Below the pieces are notes generated by a model. It was not told where the DNA came from. It did not search any database and saw only the letters and a program-made list of their open reading frames with translations. The position numbers and the translations under genes were made by a program. From the NCBI GenBank assembly GCA_965140705.1, contig OZ223300.1, positions 160,001 to 224,000 of the forward strand: a stretch of DNA of 64,000 nt. The letters run 5' to 3'. Below, piece by piece: positions 38,242-48,412 of this stretch (its first letter is position 1; each line of letters begins with the position of its first letter). This stretch comes from an uncultured Arcobacter sp. GTDB lineage: Bacteria; Campylobacterota; Campylobacteria; Campylobacterales; Arcobacteraceae.

Positions 38242-39570
38242 ATGGTTGAAAGATACGCAAGAGAAGAGATGAGTTCGAAGTGGACTCAACATGCAAGATA
38301 TGCGGCTTGGCTTGAGGTAGAAAAAGCAGCTGTAAAAGCTTGGAATAAGATAGGGCTTATTCCAGATGAGGATTGTGAAAAGATAGTAAAAAATGCTACT
38401 TTTTCTGTTGAGAGAATAGAGGAAATTGAGGCTGTTACAAAGCATGATTTGATTGCATTTAATACAAGCGTATCTGAGTCACTTGGTTCTGAATCAAGAT
38501 GGTTTCACTATGGTATGACTAGTTCAGATGCTGTTGATACTGGTGTTGCTATTCAAATGAGAGATTCTTTAAAAATTATTATTGATGATGTAAAGATGTT
38601 AATGGACTCTATTAAAAAAAGAGCCGAAGAGCACAAATTTACTTTAATGGTAGGAAGAAGTCATGGAATTCATGGTGAGCCTATTACTTTTGGTTTGACT
38701 TTAGCTGTTTGGTATGATGAAGTATCAAGACATCTTAAAAACTTAGAAGAGACTATGGAAGTGATTTCTGTAGGACAAATCTCAGGAGCTATGGGTAACT
38801 TTGCTCACGCACCACTTGAACTTGAAGAGTATGCAATGGCAGAGCTTGGACTTAAGCCTGAACCTTGTTCAAATCAAGTAATTCATAGAGATAGATATGC
38901 AAGACTTGCAACTGCTTTAGCACTACTTGCAAGTTCTATTGAAAAGTTTGCAGTACAAGTAAGACACCTACAAAGAACAGAAGTTTATGAAGCAGAGGAA
39001 TATTTTGCAAAAGGTCAAAAAGGATCTTCTGCTATGCCACACAAAAGAAATCCAATTTTAACAGAAAATATAACAGGACTTGCTAGAATGATTAGAGCTT
39101 ACGCAACTCCTGCTATGGAAAATGTTGCTTTATGGCATGAAAGAGATATCTCTCACTCATCAACTGAGCGATTTTGGCTACCAGATGCATTTATCACAAG
39201 TGATTTTATGCTTCACAGAATGAACAGTGTAATTGCAAACTTAACAGTAATGCCAGAAAATATGATGAAAAATTTAAATTTAACTGGTGGATTAGTATTT
39301 TCACAAAGAGTGTTGTTAGAACTTCCAAAAGCTGGTGTCTCAAGAGAAGATGCTTATAAAATAGTTCAAAGAAATGCAATGAAAGTATGGGAAGAGATAC
39401 AACAAGGTAAACCTAGTACAAATGAAAAAGGTGAATCTTTATATTTACAATATTTATTAGGGGATGAAGAGTTAAGAAATTCTTTATCAGAAGAGCAAAT
39501 AAGAGAGTGTTTTAATTTTGAATACTACACTAAAAATGTAGATGCAATTTTTAAAAGAGTTTTTAAATAA
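38242..39570 (+). CDS. purB: Adenylosuccinate lyase
   Basis: HYGMTSSD, GRSHGIHGEP, GSSAMPHKRNP. Confidence 0.97.
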   Translation: MVERYAREEMSSKWTQHARYAAWLEVEKAAVKAWNKIGLIPDEDCEKIVKNATFSVERIEEIEAVTKHDLIAFNTSVSESLGSESRWFHYGMTSSDAVDTGVAIQMRDSLKIIIDDVKMLMDSIKKRAEEHKFTLMVGRSHGIHGEPITFGLTLAVWYDEVSRHLKNLEETMEVISVGQISGAMGNFAHAPLELEEYAMAELGLKPEPCSNQVIHRDRYARLATALALLASSIEKFAVQVRHLQRTEVYEAEEYFAKGQKGSSAMPHKRNPILTENITGLARMIRAYATPAMENVALWHERDISHSSTERFWLPDAFITSDFMLHRMNSVIANLTVMPENMMKNLNLTGGLVFSQRVLLELPKAGVSREDAYKIVQRNAMKVWEEIQQGKPSTNEKGESLYLQYLLGDEELRNSLSEEQIRECFNFEYYTKNVDAIFKRVFK

Positions 39571-39598
39571 GAAAAATATAACTATCAAAGGTAATACG

Positions 39599-41983
39599 AT
39601 GGCTTTAATGATCCAAAAAAGAAATGGAAGAAAAGAGGTTTTAGATATAACTAAAATCCAAAAGATGTCAATAGCAGCAACTGAAGGTTTAGAAGGGGTT
39701 TCTCAAAGTGAGTTAGAACTAGATGCTCAAATTAAATTCATAGATGGGATGAGTTCATCTGATATTCAAGATGCTTTAATAAAAACAGCTATTGAAAAAA
39801 TTGATATTGATGTTCCTAACTGGACTTTTGTAGCAGCTAGACTGTTTATATTTAATCTGTACCATAAAGTTGGAAGAACAACAAATAGCGTAAAAGGTGA
39901 AGCTTATTCTCATATGAAAGATTATATAAAAACTGCACAAGACGCAGGAAGAATGATTCCTGGACTTGAAAGTGGATATGATTTAGAAGATTTAAATGAT
40001 TATTTAAAGCCAGAGAGAGATTTACAATTTAATTATCTAGGGATTAAAACTTTATATGATAGATATCTAATCAAAGATAAAAATTCTGACCCAATAGAGT
40101 TACCACAACATATGTTTATGGGTATTGCTATGTTTTTAGCTCAAGATGAAGATAACAAACAAGCTCGTGCAAAAGAGTTTTATGATGTTATTTCTAAATT
40201 TGAAGTTATGTTAGCAACTCCAACATTAAGTAATGCAAGAACAAATAGACATCAATTGTCGTCTTGTTATATTGGGTCAAGTCCTGATAATATAGAAGGT
40301 ATTTTTGATGGATATAAAGAGATGGCACTATTATCTAAATATGGTGGTGGTATTGGTTGGGATTGGAACCAAATTAGATCATTAGGTGGAGCAATTGATG
40401 GACACAAAAGTGCTGCTGGTGGTACAGTTCCATTTTTGAAAATCACAAATGATATTGCAATTGCAGTTGATCAATTAGGTACTAGAAAAGGTGCAATTGC
40501 TGTTTATTTAGAGCCTTGGCATATGGATATATCTGATTTCCTTGACTTGAAGAAAAATTCAGGAGAAGAGAGAAGAAGAGCACATGATTTATTCCCATCA
40601 CTTTGGATTTGTGACCTTTTCATGCAAAGAATCATGGAAGATTCACATTGGACACTATTTGATCCAAATGATGTGAAAGATTTAAGTGAACTTCATGGTG
40701 ATGCTTTTGAAAAAAGATATGTTGAATATGAAAATGATGATACAATCGTAAAAGATAGAATCAAAGCAAAAGATTTATGGAAGAAAATTTTAACTTCATA
40801 TTTTGAATCTGGTTCTCCTTTCCTTTGTTTTAAAGATAATGCAAATAGAGCAAATCCAAATGCCCATGTGGGACATATTAGAAGCTCAAATTTATGTACA
40901 GAGATATTCCAAAATACAAACCCAAATAAATACAAGATAAAGTTAGAGTTTGAAGATGGTTCAATAGAACTTTATGATGAAGAAGATACTATAAAAGTAG
41001 ATTCAGGTATCACTAAAAAAGCTAATAAAGTAACAGCACTAGACTCTGTTGGTGGTAAAAAAATCTTTATAGTAGAAAAAGAAAAAACAGATGGAGATAC
41101 AGCTGTTTGTAATCTAGCTTCTATAAACTTAAGTAAAATTCATACAAAAGAAGATATTGAAAGAGTAGTTCCAACTGCTATTAGAATGCTTGATAATGTT
41201 ATTGATTTAAATTTTTACCCTCTTAGAAAAGTAAAAGCTACAAATCTAAAATCAAGAAGTATAGGTCTTGGTGTAATGGGTGAAGCCCAAATGTTAGCAG
41301 AAGAAAAGCTTGTTTGGGGAAGTGTTGATCATTTGAAAAAAATTGATAAAGTAATGGAAGCTATTTCATATAATGCTATTAAGTCAAGTGCAGAACTTGC
41401 AGTTGAAAAGGGTAAATATCCTACATTTGATGGTTCAAATTGGTCAAAAGGTATTATGCCACATGATCATGCACCACAAGCTGTTAATGCATTGGTTGAA
41501 AAAGATTTATTTGATACAGGCTATGATTGGGATGCTTTAAGAGCACAAGTTAAAAAAGATGGTATGAGAAATGGTTACTTAATGGCTGTTGCTCCTACTT
41601 CATCTATTTCTATTTTAGTTGGAACTACTCAAGCAATTGAGCCAGTATACAAAAGAAAATGGTATGAAGAGAATTTATCAGGACTTATTCCAGTAGTTGT
41701 TCCAAAACTTAGCCCTGAGACTTGGTCTTATTATACTCCAGCTTATGAAGTAGATCAATTGGATATAATTAAAGCAGCAGCAGTTAGACAAAAATGGATA
41801 GACCAAGGTCAAAGTACAAATATTTTCCTTTCTTTAGATAAAGCAAGTGGTAAATATATGCATCAAATTTATACTTTAGCTTGGCAGTTAGGTTTAAAAT
41901 CAACTTATTATCTAAGAAGTCAATCACCTGAAGCTTCAAATGATGTAGAAGATAGAAGTATGGAGTGTGCAGGTTGTCAATAA
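39599..41983 (+). CDS. nrdA: Class Ia ribonucleotide reductase alpha subunit
   Basis: ATP cone, LSSC, SNLCTE, VCNL, STYYLR, C-terminal CAGC; start placed at ATG 39599. Confidence 0.95.
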   Translation: MALMIQKRNGRKEVLDITKIQKMSIAATEGLEGVSQSELELDAQIKFIDGMSSSDIQDALIKTAIEKIDIDVPNWTFVAARLFIFNLYHKVGRTTNSVKGEAYSHMKDYIKTAQDAGRMIPGLESGYDLEDLNDYLKPERDLQFNYLGIKTLYDRYLIKDKNSDPIELPQHMFMGIAMFLAQDEDNKQARAKEFYDVISKFEVMLATPTLSNARTNRHQLSSCYIGSSPDNIEGIFDGYKEMALLSKYGGGIGWDWNQIRSLGGAIDGHKSAAGGTVPFLKITNDIAIAVDQLGTRKGAIAVYLEPWHMDISDFLDLKKNSGEERRRAHDLFPSLWICDLFMQRIMEDSHWTLFDPNDVKDLSELHGDAFEKRYVEYENDDTIVKDRIKAKDLWKKILTSYFESGSPFLCFKDNANRANPNAHVGHIRSSNLCTEIFQNTNPNKYKIKLEFEDGSIELYDEEDTIKVDSGITKKANKVTALDSVGGKKIFIVEKEKTDGDTAVCNLASINLSKIHTKEDIERVVPTAIRMLDNVIDLNFYPLRKVKATNLKSRSIGLGVMGEAQMLAEEKLVWGSVDHLKKIDKVMEAISYNAIKSSAELAVEKGKYPTFDGSNWSKGIMPHDHAPQAVNALVEKDLFDTGYDWDALRAQVKKDGMRNGYLMAVAPTSSISILVGTTQAIEPVYKRKWYEENLSGLIPVVVPKLSPETWSYYTPAYEVDQLDIIKAAAVRQKWIDQGQSTNIFLSLDKASGKYMHQIYTLAWQLGLKSTYYLRSQSPEASNDVEDRSMECAGCQ

Positions 41984-42031
41984 GATAACCTGATTTCCCG
42001 TTTTATAATAAATATAATATAAGGTAAGAAA

Positions 42032-43051
42032 GTGGCTAGAAAAACAATATATAATCCAGAATCAAGAGAGAGTTTAAGCGATAGAAGAATTTTTGGTGGT
42101 AACCCAGATGGTATGATTAACTTTACAAAAATGAAATACCAATGGGCTCTAAATCTTTGGGATACTATGGAAGCAAATACTTGGTTCCCAAGAGAAGTAC
42201 AAATGACAGGTGATGCCAAGGATTACAAGTACCTGACACCTGCTGAAAAGAGAATGTATGATTTAGTATTATCCCAGCTAATTTTTATGGATTCGTTACA
42301 AACAAATAACTTGATGGATAATATAAATCCTTATATTACTGTTCCTGAAATTAATGCTTGCCTTTCAAGACAATCATATGAAGAAGCAAATCACTCAAAA
42401 TCATATGCAGTTATGGTTGAATCAATTTCTGATAATACAGATGAAATCTATGATATGTGGAAAAATGACACTCAATTAAGAGAAAAAAATAACTACATAG
42501 CAGCGGTTTATGATAACTTATCTGACAATATTACAGATGAAAAGATGGTTTTAGCAATGTTTGCAAACCAAATCTTAGAGGGACTATATTTCTATGCAGG
42601 TTTTGCAGCTATATATGCCCTTGGAAAATCAGGAAAGATGTTAGGAAGCTCACAAATGATTAAATTCATCCAAAGGGATGAAGTAACGCATTTACTACTT
42701 TTCCAAAATATGATTAACTCTACAAGAAAAGAGAGACCTGATTTATTTACTCCTGAGTTAGAAGTAAAAGTAAGAGCTATGTTTAGAAAAGCTGTTGAAC
42801 TAGAAGCTGGCTGGGGAGCATACATCACTCAAGGTCAAATTCTAGGTTTCACAGATGCAATTATCACACAATATATCCAATATCTAGCAGATAAAAGATT
42901 AGAAGCAGTAGGATATAAACCAGAATATAATGTAAAACATCCAATTCCATGGGTAGATGGATACAGTAGTTTTAATGACCAAAGAACGAACTTCTTCGAA
43001 GGTAACGTGGTTAACTACTCTAAGGGTTCAATCGACTTCGACGATTTTTAA
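42032..43051 (+). CDS. nrdB: Ribonucleotide reductase beta subunit
   Basis: [24 protein letters not shown]...Y. Confidence 0.95.
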   Translation: MARKTIYNPESRESLSDRRIFGGNPDGMINFTKMKYQWALNLWDTMEANTWFPREVQMTGDAKDYKYLTPAEKRMYDLVLSQLIFMDSLQTNNLMDNINPYITVPEINACLSRQSYEEANHSKSYAVMVESISDNTDEIYDMWKNDTQLREKNNYIAAVYDNLSDNITDEKMVLAMFANQILEGLYFYAGFAAIYALGKSGKMLGSSQMIKFIQRDEVTHLLLFQNMINSTRKERPDLFTPELEVKVRAMFRKAVELEAGWGAYITQGQILGFTDAIITQYIQYLADKRLEAVGYKPEYNVKHPIPWVDGYSSFNDQRTNFFEGNVVNYSKGSIDFDDF

Positions 43052-43171
43052 TAGGTCTTTTAGACCAATCTCCGCGTTGGAGGAGTTTTTTAACTCAGTC
43101 ACCTACTACTTGTAGGCTCCTTCGCTAAAAAACTCCTCCGCCTTGACCTTGACTAAAATACCTATTAAAAA
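43045..43171. repeat. ERIC-like palindromic element
   Basis: Terminal IR TTTTTAATAGGT/ACCTATTAAAAA; nested stems; GCGTTGG, CAGTCAC, GCTCCT, CCGCCTTG as in the recalled ERIC consensus. Confidence 0.6.
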
Positions 43172-43186
43172 TAGGAAAGGAATTAA

Positions 43187-44128
43187 ATGGCTTCAGAAAA
43201 GAAAAACTCAAACAAATTAAATTTTTTAAATTGGATATTAGGTGTTGCAATAGTTCTATTTTTTGGTTTATTGATAATATATTATTTTAATATTTTTGAT
43301 TTAGATACTACAAAAAAATCTGATTGGGGTACCTTTGGTGATTTTATAGGTGGTACATTAAATCCAATTTTTGCATTATTTAGTTTGTTTGCAATTATTT
43401 ATACTATTAAAATTCAAACACAAGAGTTAGAATTTTCAAGAGAAGAACTTGAAGAAACCCGTAAAGAATTAAAAGAGTCGAGAATTGCACAACAAGAACA
43501 AAGTGAGTCTTTAAAATTGCAAAATATGGGAACTCAACTGCAAATATTTGAAAATACTTTTTTCCAATTAGTTGATTTATTTAGTAAAGAAAAAGAAGGT
43601 CTTTTTGCGAGTAATTTTAAAATAGATACTTATGCAAGTATTATTAAAATACATATGGATTCTAAAAAGGTTGATATTCCAAAATATATTTTTAAAAATG
43701 ATGAAGGACTACTAACTATTAAGAGTATTACTGCATATTTATATATTTTGAAAACTTTTCAAAAAGAATCACGAATTAATTATGATGAATTTAATATAAA
43801 ATATGAGAGTGACACAGGCTCTTATTTTGGACAATTATATCAAATAATTAAATTTATAGATGAAAGTAATATTGAATATAAACAGAGATATATAAATATA
43901 TTAAGAGCACAATTTACAAAAGAAGAGTTAGAATTTTTATTTTATCATTGTTTAGGAAGTATAGGAAAAAAAAGATTTAAAGATTTAATTGAAAGATATG
44001 AATTCTTTGAGCATATTATATTAAATAATAATATTGAAAAACAACTATTAGAATATGATATTAAAGCATTTGGAAAGAATGAGAAAATACTAGAAAAATA
44101 TAATGAATTAAAAAGTAAAGTTCAATAA
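43187..44128 (+). CDS. Putative phage abortive infection protein (putAbiC-like), 2 TM + coiled coil
   Basis: WGTFGDFIGG.LNP, FENTFF, YF..LYQIIKFI, Y.NILRAQ...EL..LFY. Confidence 0.7.
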   Translation: MASEKKNSNKLNFLNWILGVAIVLFFGLLIIYYFNIFDLDTTKKSDWGTFGDFIGGTLNPIFALFSLFAIIYTIKIQTQELEFSREELEETRKELKESRIAQQEQSESLKLQNMGTQLQIFENTFFQLVDLFSKEKEGLFASNFKIDTYASIIKIHMDSKKVDIPKYIFKNDEGLLTIKSITAYLYILKTFQKESRINYDEFNIKYESDTGSYFGQLYQIIKFIDESNIEYKQRYINILRAQFTKEELEFLFYHCLGSIGKKRFKDLIERYEFFEHIILNNNIEKQLLEYDIKAFGKNEKILEKYNELKSKVQ

Positions 44129-44139
44129 CCAAAGAAATC

Positions 44140-44357
44140 CCAGCCTTTGTCAAAGCCGAGTGTTTATTTCTCTTTTCGGAAAACGCCCGAAACTGTTTGA
44201 GCGTAAAGAAATGACCTAAATGGTCATTTTAGCGAGTTTTGCAGGGCAGAAAAGAGAAATAATAAGCGAGGGAAGCTTTGCCTTTGACAATACGGCTGGT
44301 GGCTTTTTGTCTTACTTTTTGCCACCAAAAAGTGAGAAAGCGAAGAACTCGTTCTTC
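44140..44357. repeat. About 220-nt nested palindromic element / candidate structured RNA
   Basis: Multiple nested stems, GC elevated relative to flanks, non-coding. Confidence 0.6.
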
Positions 44358-44370
44358 AAGAGAGTTTGAT

Positions 44371-46113
44371 TTATACAATATCCCCATCAACTACAATATT
44401 TCTCCCATTATTTTTAGCCATATAAAGTCTTTTGTCAGCCCTTGCAATAAGTTCATCCATGTTGTTATCCTCTTTTCTTAAAGAAGAGACACCACAACTA
44501 ACAGTAAAGCAAATAGTAGAATCTTTTGTTTTAACTTGAAAAGTTTCCACCTCTTTTCTTATCTCTTCTGCTATGATAAAAGCATCTTTATGAGTTGTTG
44601 AGGGAAGTAAGATTACAAACTCTTCTCCACCTATTCTTGCAACTATATCCGAATTTCTTCTCTCTTTTTTAAGGATTTTTGAAAAAGCTTTTATAACTTC
44701 ATCTCCTTCTTTATGCCCGTAAGTATCATTTATAGTTTTAAATTTATCTATATCAAAAAGTAAAACACTTATAGTTGTATTCTCTCTTTTCGCAAGGCTT
44801 ATTAGTCTATTACTTATTTCAAAAAGTGGACGTCTATTTAAAAGGTCTGATAGGAAGTCTTTATTTGCAAGTATTTCTAATTTATTTTTTGATTCTTCTA
44901 ACTCTTTTGTTCTTTCCTTTACATTCATTTCTAAGTTATCTTTTGCTTTTTGCATGATAACAAATTTTTCTTTTTCTAGGATTTTGATTCTATATGCTAA
45001 AGCTAAAGAGAATAGAATCATTTCAACAAAAGAGCCAACTATTATCCCATGTCTTGAATAAAAGTTATATTCTAAGAATCCATAAGATGATAGGGAAAAA
45101 AGTGTGCTCATAGATAAAAATCCAACTTGAGCTAAAAGATAAAAGATAGCTATCTTATTTCCATTTTTGTAACTCTTATATCCCATATAAAGAAGAAAAG
45201 GTAAGACAAAAGATGTAGTTGCATTCATAACTAAAATTGAGGGTTTAAATGCAAAGATACTACAAATAGCTAGAAATATATAAAAGCCTCCTATGAAATT
45301 TAATACATTATGATATTTTTTAGACATAGTTTTTATATCTAAGATATGGTTTGTAAAGAGAGTTAAAAATGCAACCAAAAGAGGAATACTAGCTCCTATA
45401 AAATAATAAGATTGAGTACTTAAAAATGTATCAAAGGGGTATATCCCACTCATTGACGTTTGCCATGCTATAAAAGATAAAGAATATAAAACATAAAAGA
45501 TATATGAGATATCTCTTGTATAAAAAAATATTACTAAGTTATATAAAGCAAGTGAAAGTAAAGAACCAATCAAAAATGCATAGATAGTTGTATATTCCCG
45601 TTCAAATATATTAAGTGCCTTTTTGTCATAAATTTGAAAGGAATTAAACATTGGATATAAAGAGCTTATTTTGATATATATTGTTTTTGTTTCATCTTTT
45701 TTTAGACTAAACTCTATAAAGGGTCTTTCTAAATAATTACTTTCACCCTCTTTAAAATATCCCACACCCTCTTTTTTGTGTTTTATCATTTTGTTATTTG
45801 AGTATATGTAAAAGTCAATTTTATCGATAATACTTTCTGTAAATTTTAAATATCTTTCGATAGTTTTAGAAGTTCCATTTTTTACTGTAAGTTTGTACCA
45901 AAAGGTTGAATTCGTAAATCCATTACTTATGTTGTTTTTGACTTCTTTAAATTTTTTTATTGATCTTATATCTTTTATAGTTAAACTTGAAGTTTTATCT
46001 TCATATGCAGAGATTTTAAAATTTTTTATTGTTGAATTATTATCTATTATTAGAGTATGCTCTGCAAATAAAGTAGTAAAAAAAAAGATAAGTAATAAAA
46101 GGTATTTAATCAA
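44371..46113 (-). CDS. 7TM-DISM sensor diguanylate cyclase
   Basis: Periplasmic 7TMR-DISM-like domain, 7 TM, DIDKFK.IND.YGH, RIGGEEF. Confidence 0.88.
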   Translation of the reverse strand: MIKYLLLLIFFFTTLFAEHTLIIDNNSTIKNFKISAYEDKTSSLTIKDIRSIKKFKEVKNNISNGFTNSTFWYKLTVKNGTSKTIERYLKFTESIIDKIDFYIYSNNKMIKHKKEGVGYFKEGESNYLERPFIEFSLKKDETKTIYIKISSLYPMFNSFQIYDKKALNIFEREYTTIYAFLIGSLLSLALYNLVIFFYTRDISYIFYVLYSLSFIAWQTSMSGIYPFDTFLSTQSYYFIGASIPLLVAFLTLFTNHILDIKTMSKKYHNVLNFIGGFYIFLAICSIFAFKPSILVMNATTSFVLPFLLYMGYKSYKNGNKIAIFYLLAQVGFLSMSTLFSLSSYGFLEYNFYSRHGIIVGSFVEMILFSLALAYRIKILEKEKFVIMQKAKDNLEMNVKERTKELEESKNKLEILANKDFLSDLLNRRPLFEISNRLISLAKRENTTISVLLFDIDKFKTINDTYGHKEGDEVIKAFSKILKKERRNSDIVARIGGEEFVILLPSTTHKDAFIIAEEIRKEVETFQVKTKDSTICFTVSCGVSSLRKEDNNMDELIARADKRLYMAKNNGRNIVVDGDIV

Positions 46114-46318
46114 CTTTAGGCCTAAGATTTATAGTGAAAATAGATTTTACCTAAAAAACAATTTTATTTGCTTTCATTTATGATTACAAATTAATTAAGT
46201 ACTTCATTTTTATGAAGAATTGTTTTCTTTGTAACACATAAAATTTAAATTTAAACAAAAAACAAATATCTTTTGATAAACTATTTGATTAAAATTTATT
46301 AATTATAAGAGGTAATAA

Positions 46319-46768
46319 ATGTTTACAGAAATTATTAAACCTAGATTTTTAGAAACAGATGCACTAGGGCATATAAATAATAATACCTATGGAGTATGGT
46401 TTGAAGCTGCAAGGGATGAGATATTTCGTATTTTTATGCCAAAAGCAAACATAAAAGAATGGAACTTAATCATGGCTCATACTTCATTTGATTTTTTAAA
46501 AGAAGTATTTTGGGGTAAAGAAGTTATCGTAAAAACTGGTGTTGCAAAACTTGGGAACTCATCAATAGAGTTGTGCCATGCAGTTTATCAGGACGGAAAA
46601 TTATGTACAACAGGAAAGTGTATAATTATTCATTATGATTTTGAGACAAAACAAGCAGTATCAATACCTGAAAAAATAAGAGCAAAATTAGAAACTCACC
46701 TTTTCACATCCCCTTGGATGGGTACACTAAAAGAAGTTGAAGAGTTTGAAAATAGTAATAAAAGTTAA
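46319..46768 (+). CDS. 4HBT-family acyl-CoA thioesterase
   Basis: ETDALGHINN..Y..WFE. Confidence 0.85.
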   Translation: MFTEIIKPRFLETDALGHINNNTYGVWFEAARDEIFRIFMPKANIKEWNLIMAHTSFDFLKEVFWGKEVIVKTGVAKLGNSSIELCHAVYQDGKLCTTGKCIIIHYDFETKQAVSIPEKIRAKLETHLFTSPWMGTLKEVEEFENSNKS

Positions 46769-46778
46769 ACTCTTATTA

Positions 46779-47393
46779 CTAAGACTCAATTATCACAGGA
46801 AGAATTGATACAACTAAAAGTATCGCCATGATAAGATTGAATTTTCTAACATGACTTTCTTCTTTTATAAATCTCTTTAAGGCAACTCCACCCATAGCCC
46901 AAACATTACAAGATATTGCACCTGAAAGTAAAAATAAAAAAGCTATGATAACTACTTGAGATATACTATTCTCCTTTGATGTAACAAAAATAGACATTGC
47001 AGTCATAGACATAATCCAACCTTTTGGATTAACCCATTGAAAAAGTGCTGCTTGAATAAAAGTAAAAGGCTTATGCTTCTCTTTTATTTTCATATGACCT
47101 TTACTAGAACCTATTTTATATGCCATCCAAAAAAGATAAAGTATTCCTATTACTTTAAGTATTTTTAGAACTATTGGAAACTTCTCAAATATAATACCAA
47201 TGCCTAACCCCACAAGTAAAACCATTAATCCAAAACCTAAAAATACTCCAAATACATGGGGCAAAGTTCTCTTATATCCAAAGGTAAGACCAGAAGATAA
47301 AAGTAGGACATTATTAGGTCCAGGAGTTATTGTAGCTGTTAGTGCAAATGTTGCTATAGAAATCAACATAGCTGCTGTATAAAACTCTTCCAT
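46779..47393 (-). CDS. LysE-family exporter
   Basis: ITPGPNN, FQWVNPKGW. Confidence 0.88.
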   Translation of the reverse strand: MEEFYTAAMLISIATFALTATITPGPNNVLLLSSGLTFGYKRTLPHVFGVFLGFGLMVLLVGLGIGIIFEKFPIVLKILKVIGILYLFWMAYKIGSSKGHMKIKEKHKPFTFIQAALFQWVNPKGWIMSMTAMSIFVTSKENSISQVVIIAFLFLLSGAISCNVWAMGGVALKRFIKEESHVRKFNLIMAILLVVSILPVIIES

Positions 47394-48275
47394 TTATACT
47401 CCTTTGTATTTTTTAAGGGATATTCTTTTCCCAAATGTATTAATTAATAGTGCCAATATAATTAACACTGATGCCACTATTTTTATAAGTCCAATCTTTT
47501 CATCAAAAATAAAGTATGACCCAGCTATTCCAAATATTGGAATAAGCAAACTAAGGGGTGCCACACTTGATACTGGATACCTATGCAATAGTGTATTCCA
47601 TATCCAATAACCTAAAAGCGTAGTTGGATAAACTTGAAACATAATTGAAAAAATAGCCATATTACTAAGATTTTCAAAAAAGTTTGTAAATACAATATCT
47701 CCATTTGTTAAAAAAGCTAAAACAAATAATGGAATGGGTGAAAACAGACTTGCCCAAACCATAAATGAAAATAGATTTTTAGTACCAGCTTTTTTTATAA
47801 TGATATTTGTAAAACTAAGTGACACCGCAGCAATTAGCACTAATATCAAACCAAGTATTGTCACAGAACCATCCGTAACACTAATAATCAACAAAAGACC
47901 AAATAGTGATATAGCAAAAGCTATCTTTTTTGTTATATCAATAGTCTCATCTAATAATATAGCTCCTAAAATCACAGTTAAAAAGGCACTCATTTGAAGT
48001 ACTAAAGAAGCCATTCCAGCTGACATTCCAAAATAGATACCTAAAGAGACCATTCCCCAAAGTCCTACACCAAAGAGTAAGCCATAAGAAATCAACCATT
48101 TTATATGAATCTTTGGTTTTTTTACAAAAAAGACTAAAGGTAAAGCACATAATAAAAATCTCATACCAGATAAGATAAAAGGATCAAGGGATAAAAGTCC
48201 TAGTTTAATTACAGAAAAATTTACACCCCAAATGAAAGCAACTAAAACTGCTAATAATAAATCATTTATTTTCAT
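47394..48275 (-). CDS. EamA/DMT-family exporter
   Basis: IWGVNF, VAPLSLLIP; about 10 TM. Confidence 0.88.
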   Translation of the reverse strand: MKINDLLLAVLVAFIWGVNFSVIKLGLLSLDPFILSGMRFLLCALPLVFFVKKPKIHIKWLISYGLLFGVGLWGMVSLGIYFGMSAGMASLVLQMSAFLTVILGAILLDETIDITKKIAFAISLFGLLLIISVTDGSVTILGLILVLIAAVSLSFTNIIIKKAGTKNLFSFMVWASLFSPIPLFVLAFLTNGDIVFTNFFENLSNMAIFSIMFQVYPTTLLGYWIWNTLLHRYPVSSVAPLSLLIPIFGIAGSYFIFDEKIGLIKIVASVLIILALLINTFGKRISLKKYKGV

Positions 48276-48412
48276 TAAACTACTCCTTTTATTTTTGTAA
48301 AGAGTTTATCTTTTATATTTTTTTTATTCTTTACATATATTGGTTATAAAATTATCTATTTTTGTTCAGAATATATACATTATATGTTAAAATTAAAATA
48401 ATAAGGATAAAT

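Noticed and set aside
40915..41100. Extra segment in NrdA after SNLCTE as a possible intein
   Set aside because: Too short, no intein terminal motifs; looks like the usual Campylobacterota NrdA insertion
44278..44481. 67-aa plus-strand ORF
   Set aside because: Starts within the palindromic element and runs antisense into the GGDEF gene; no RBS
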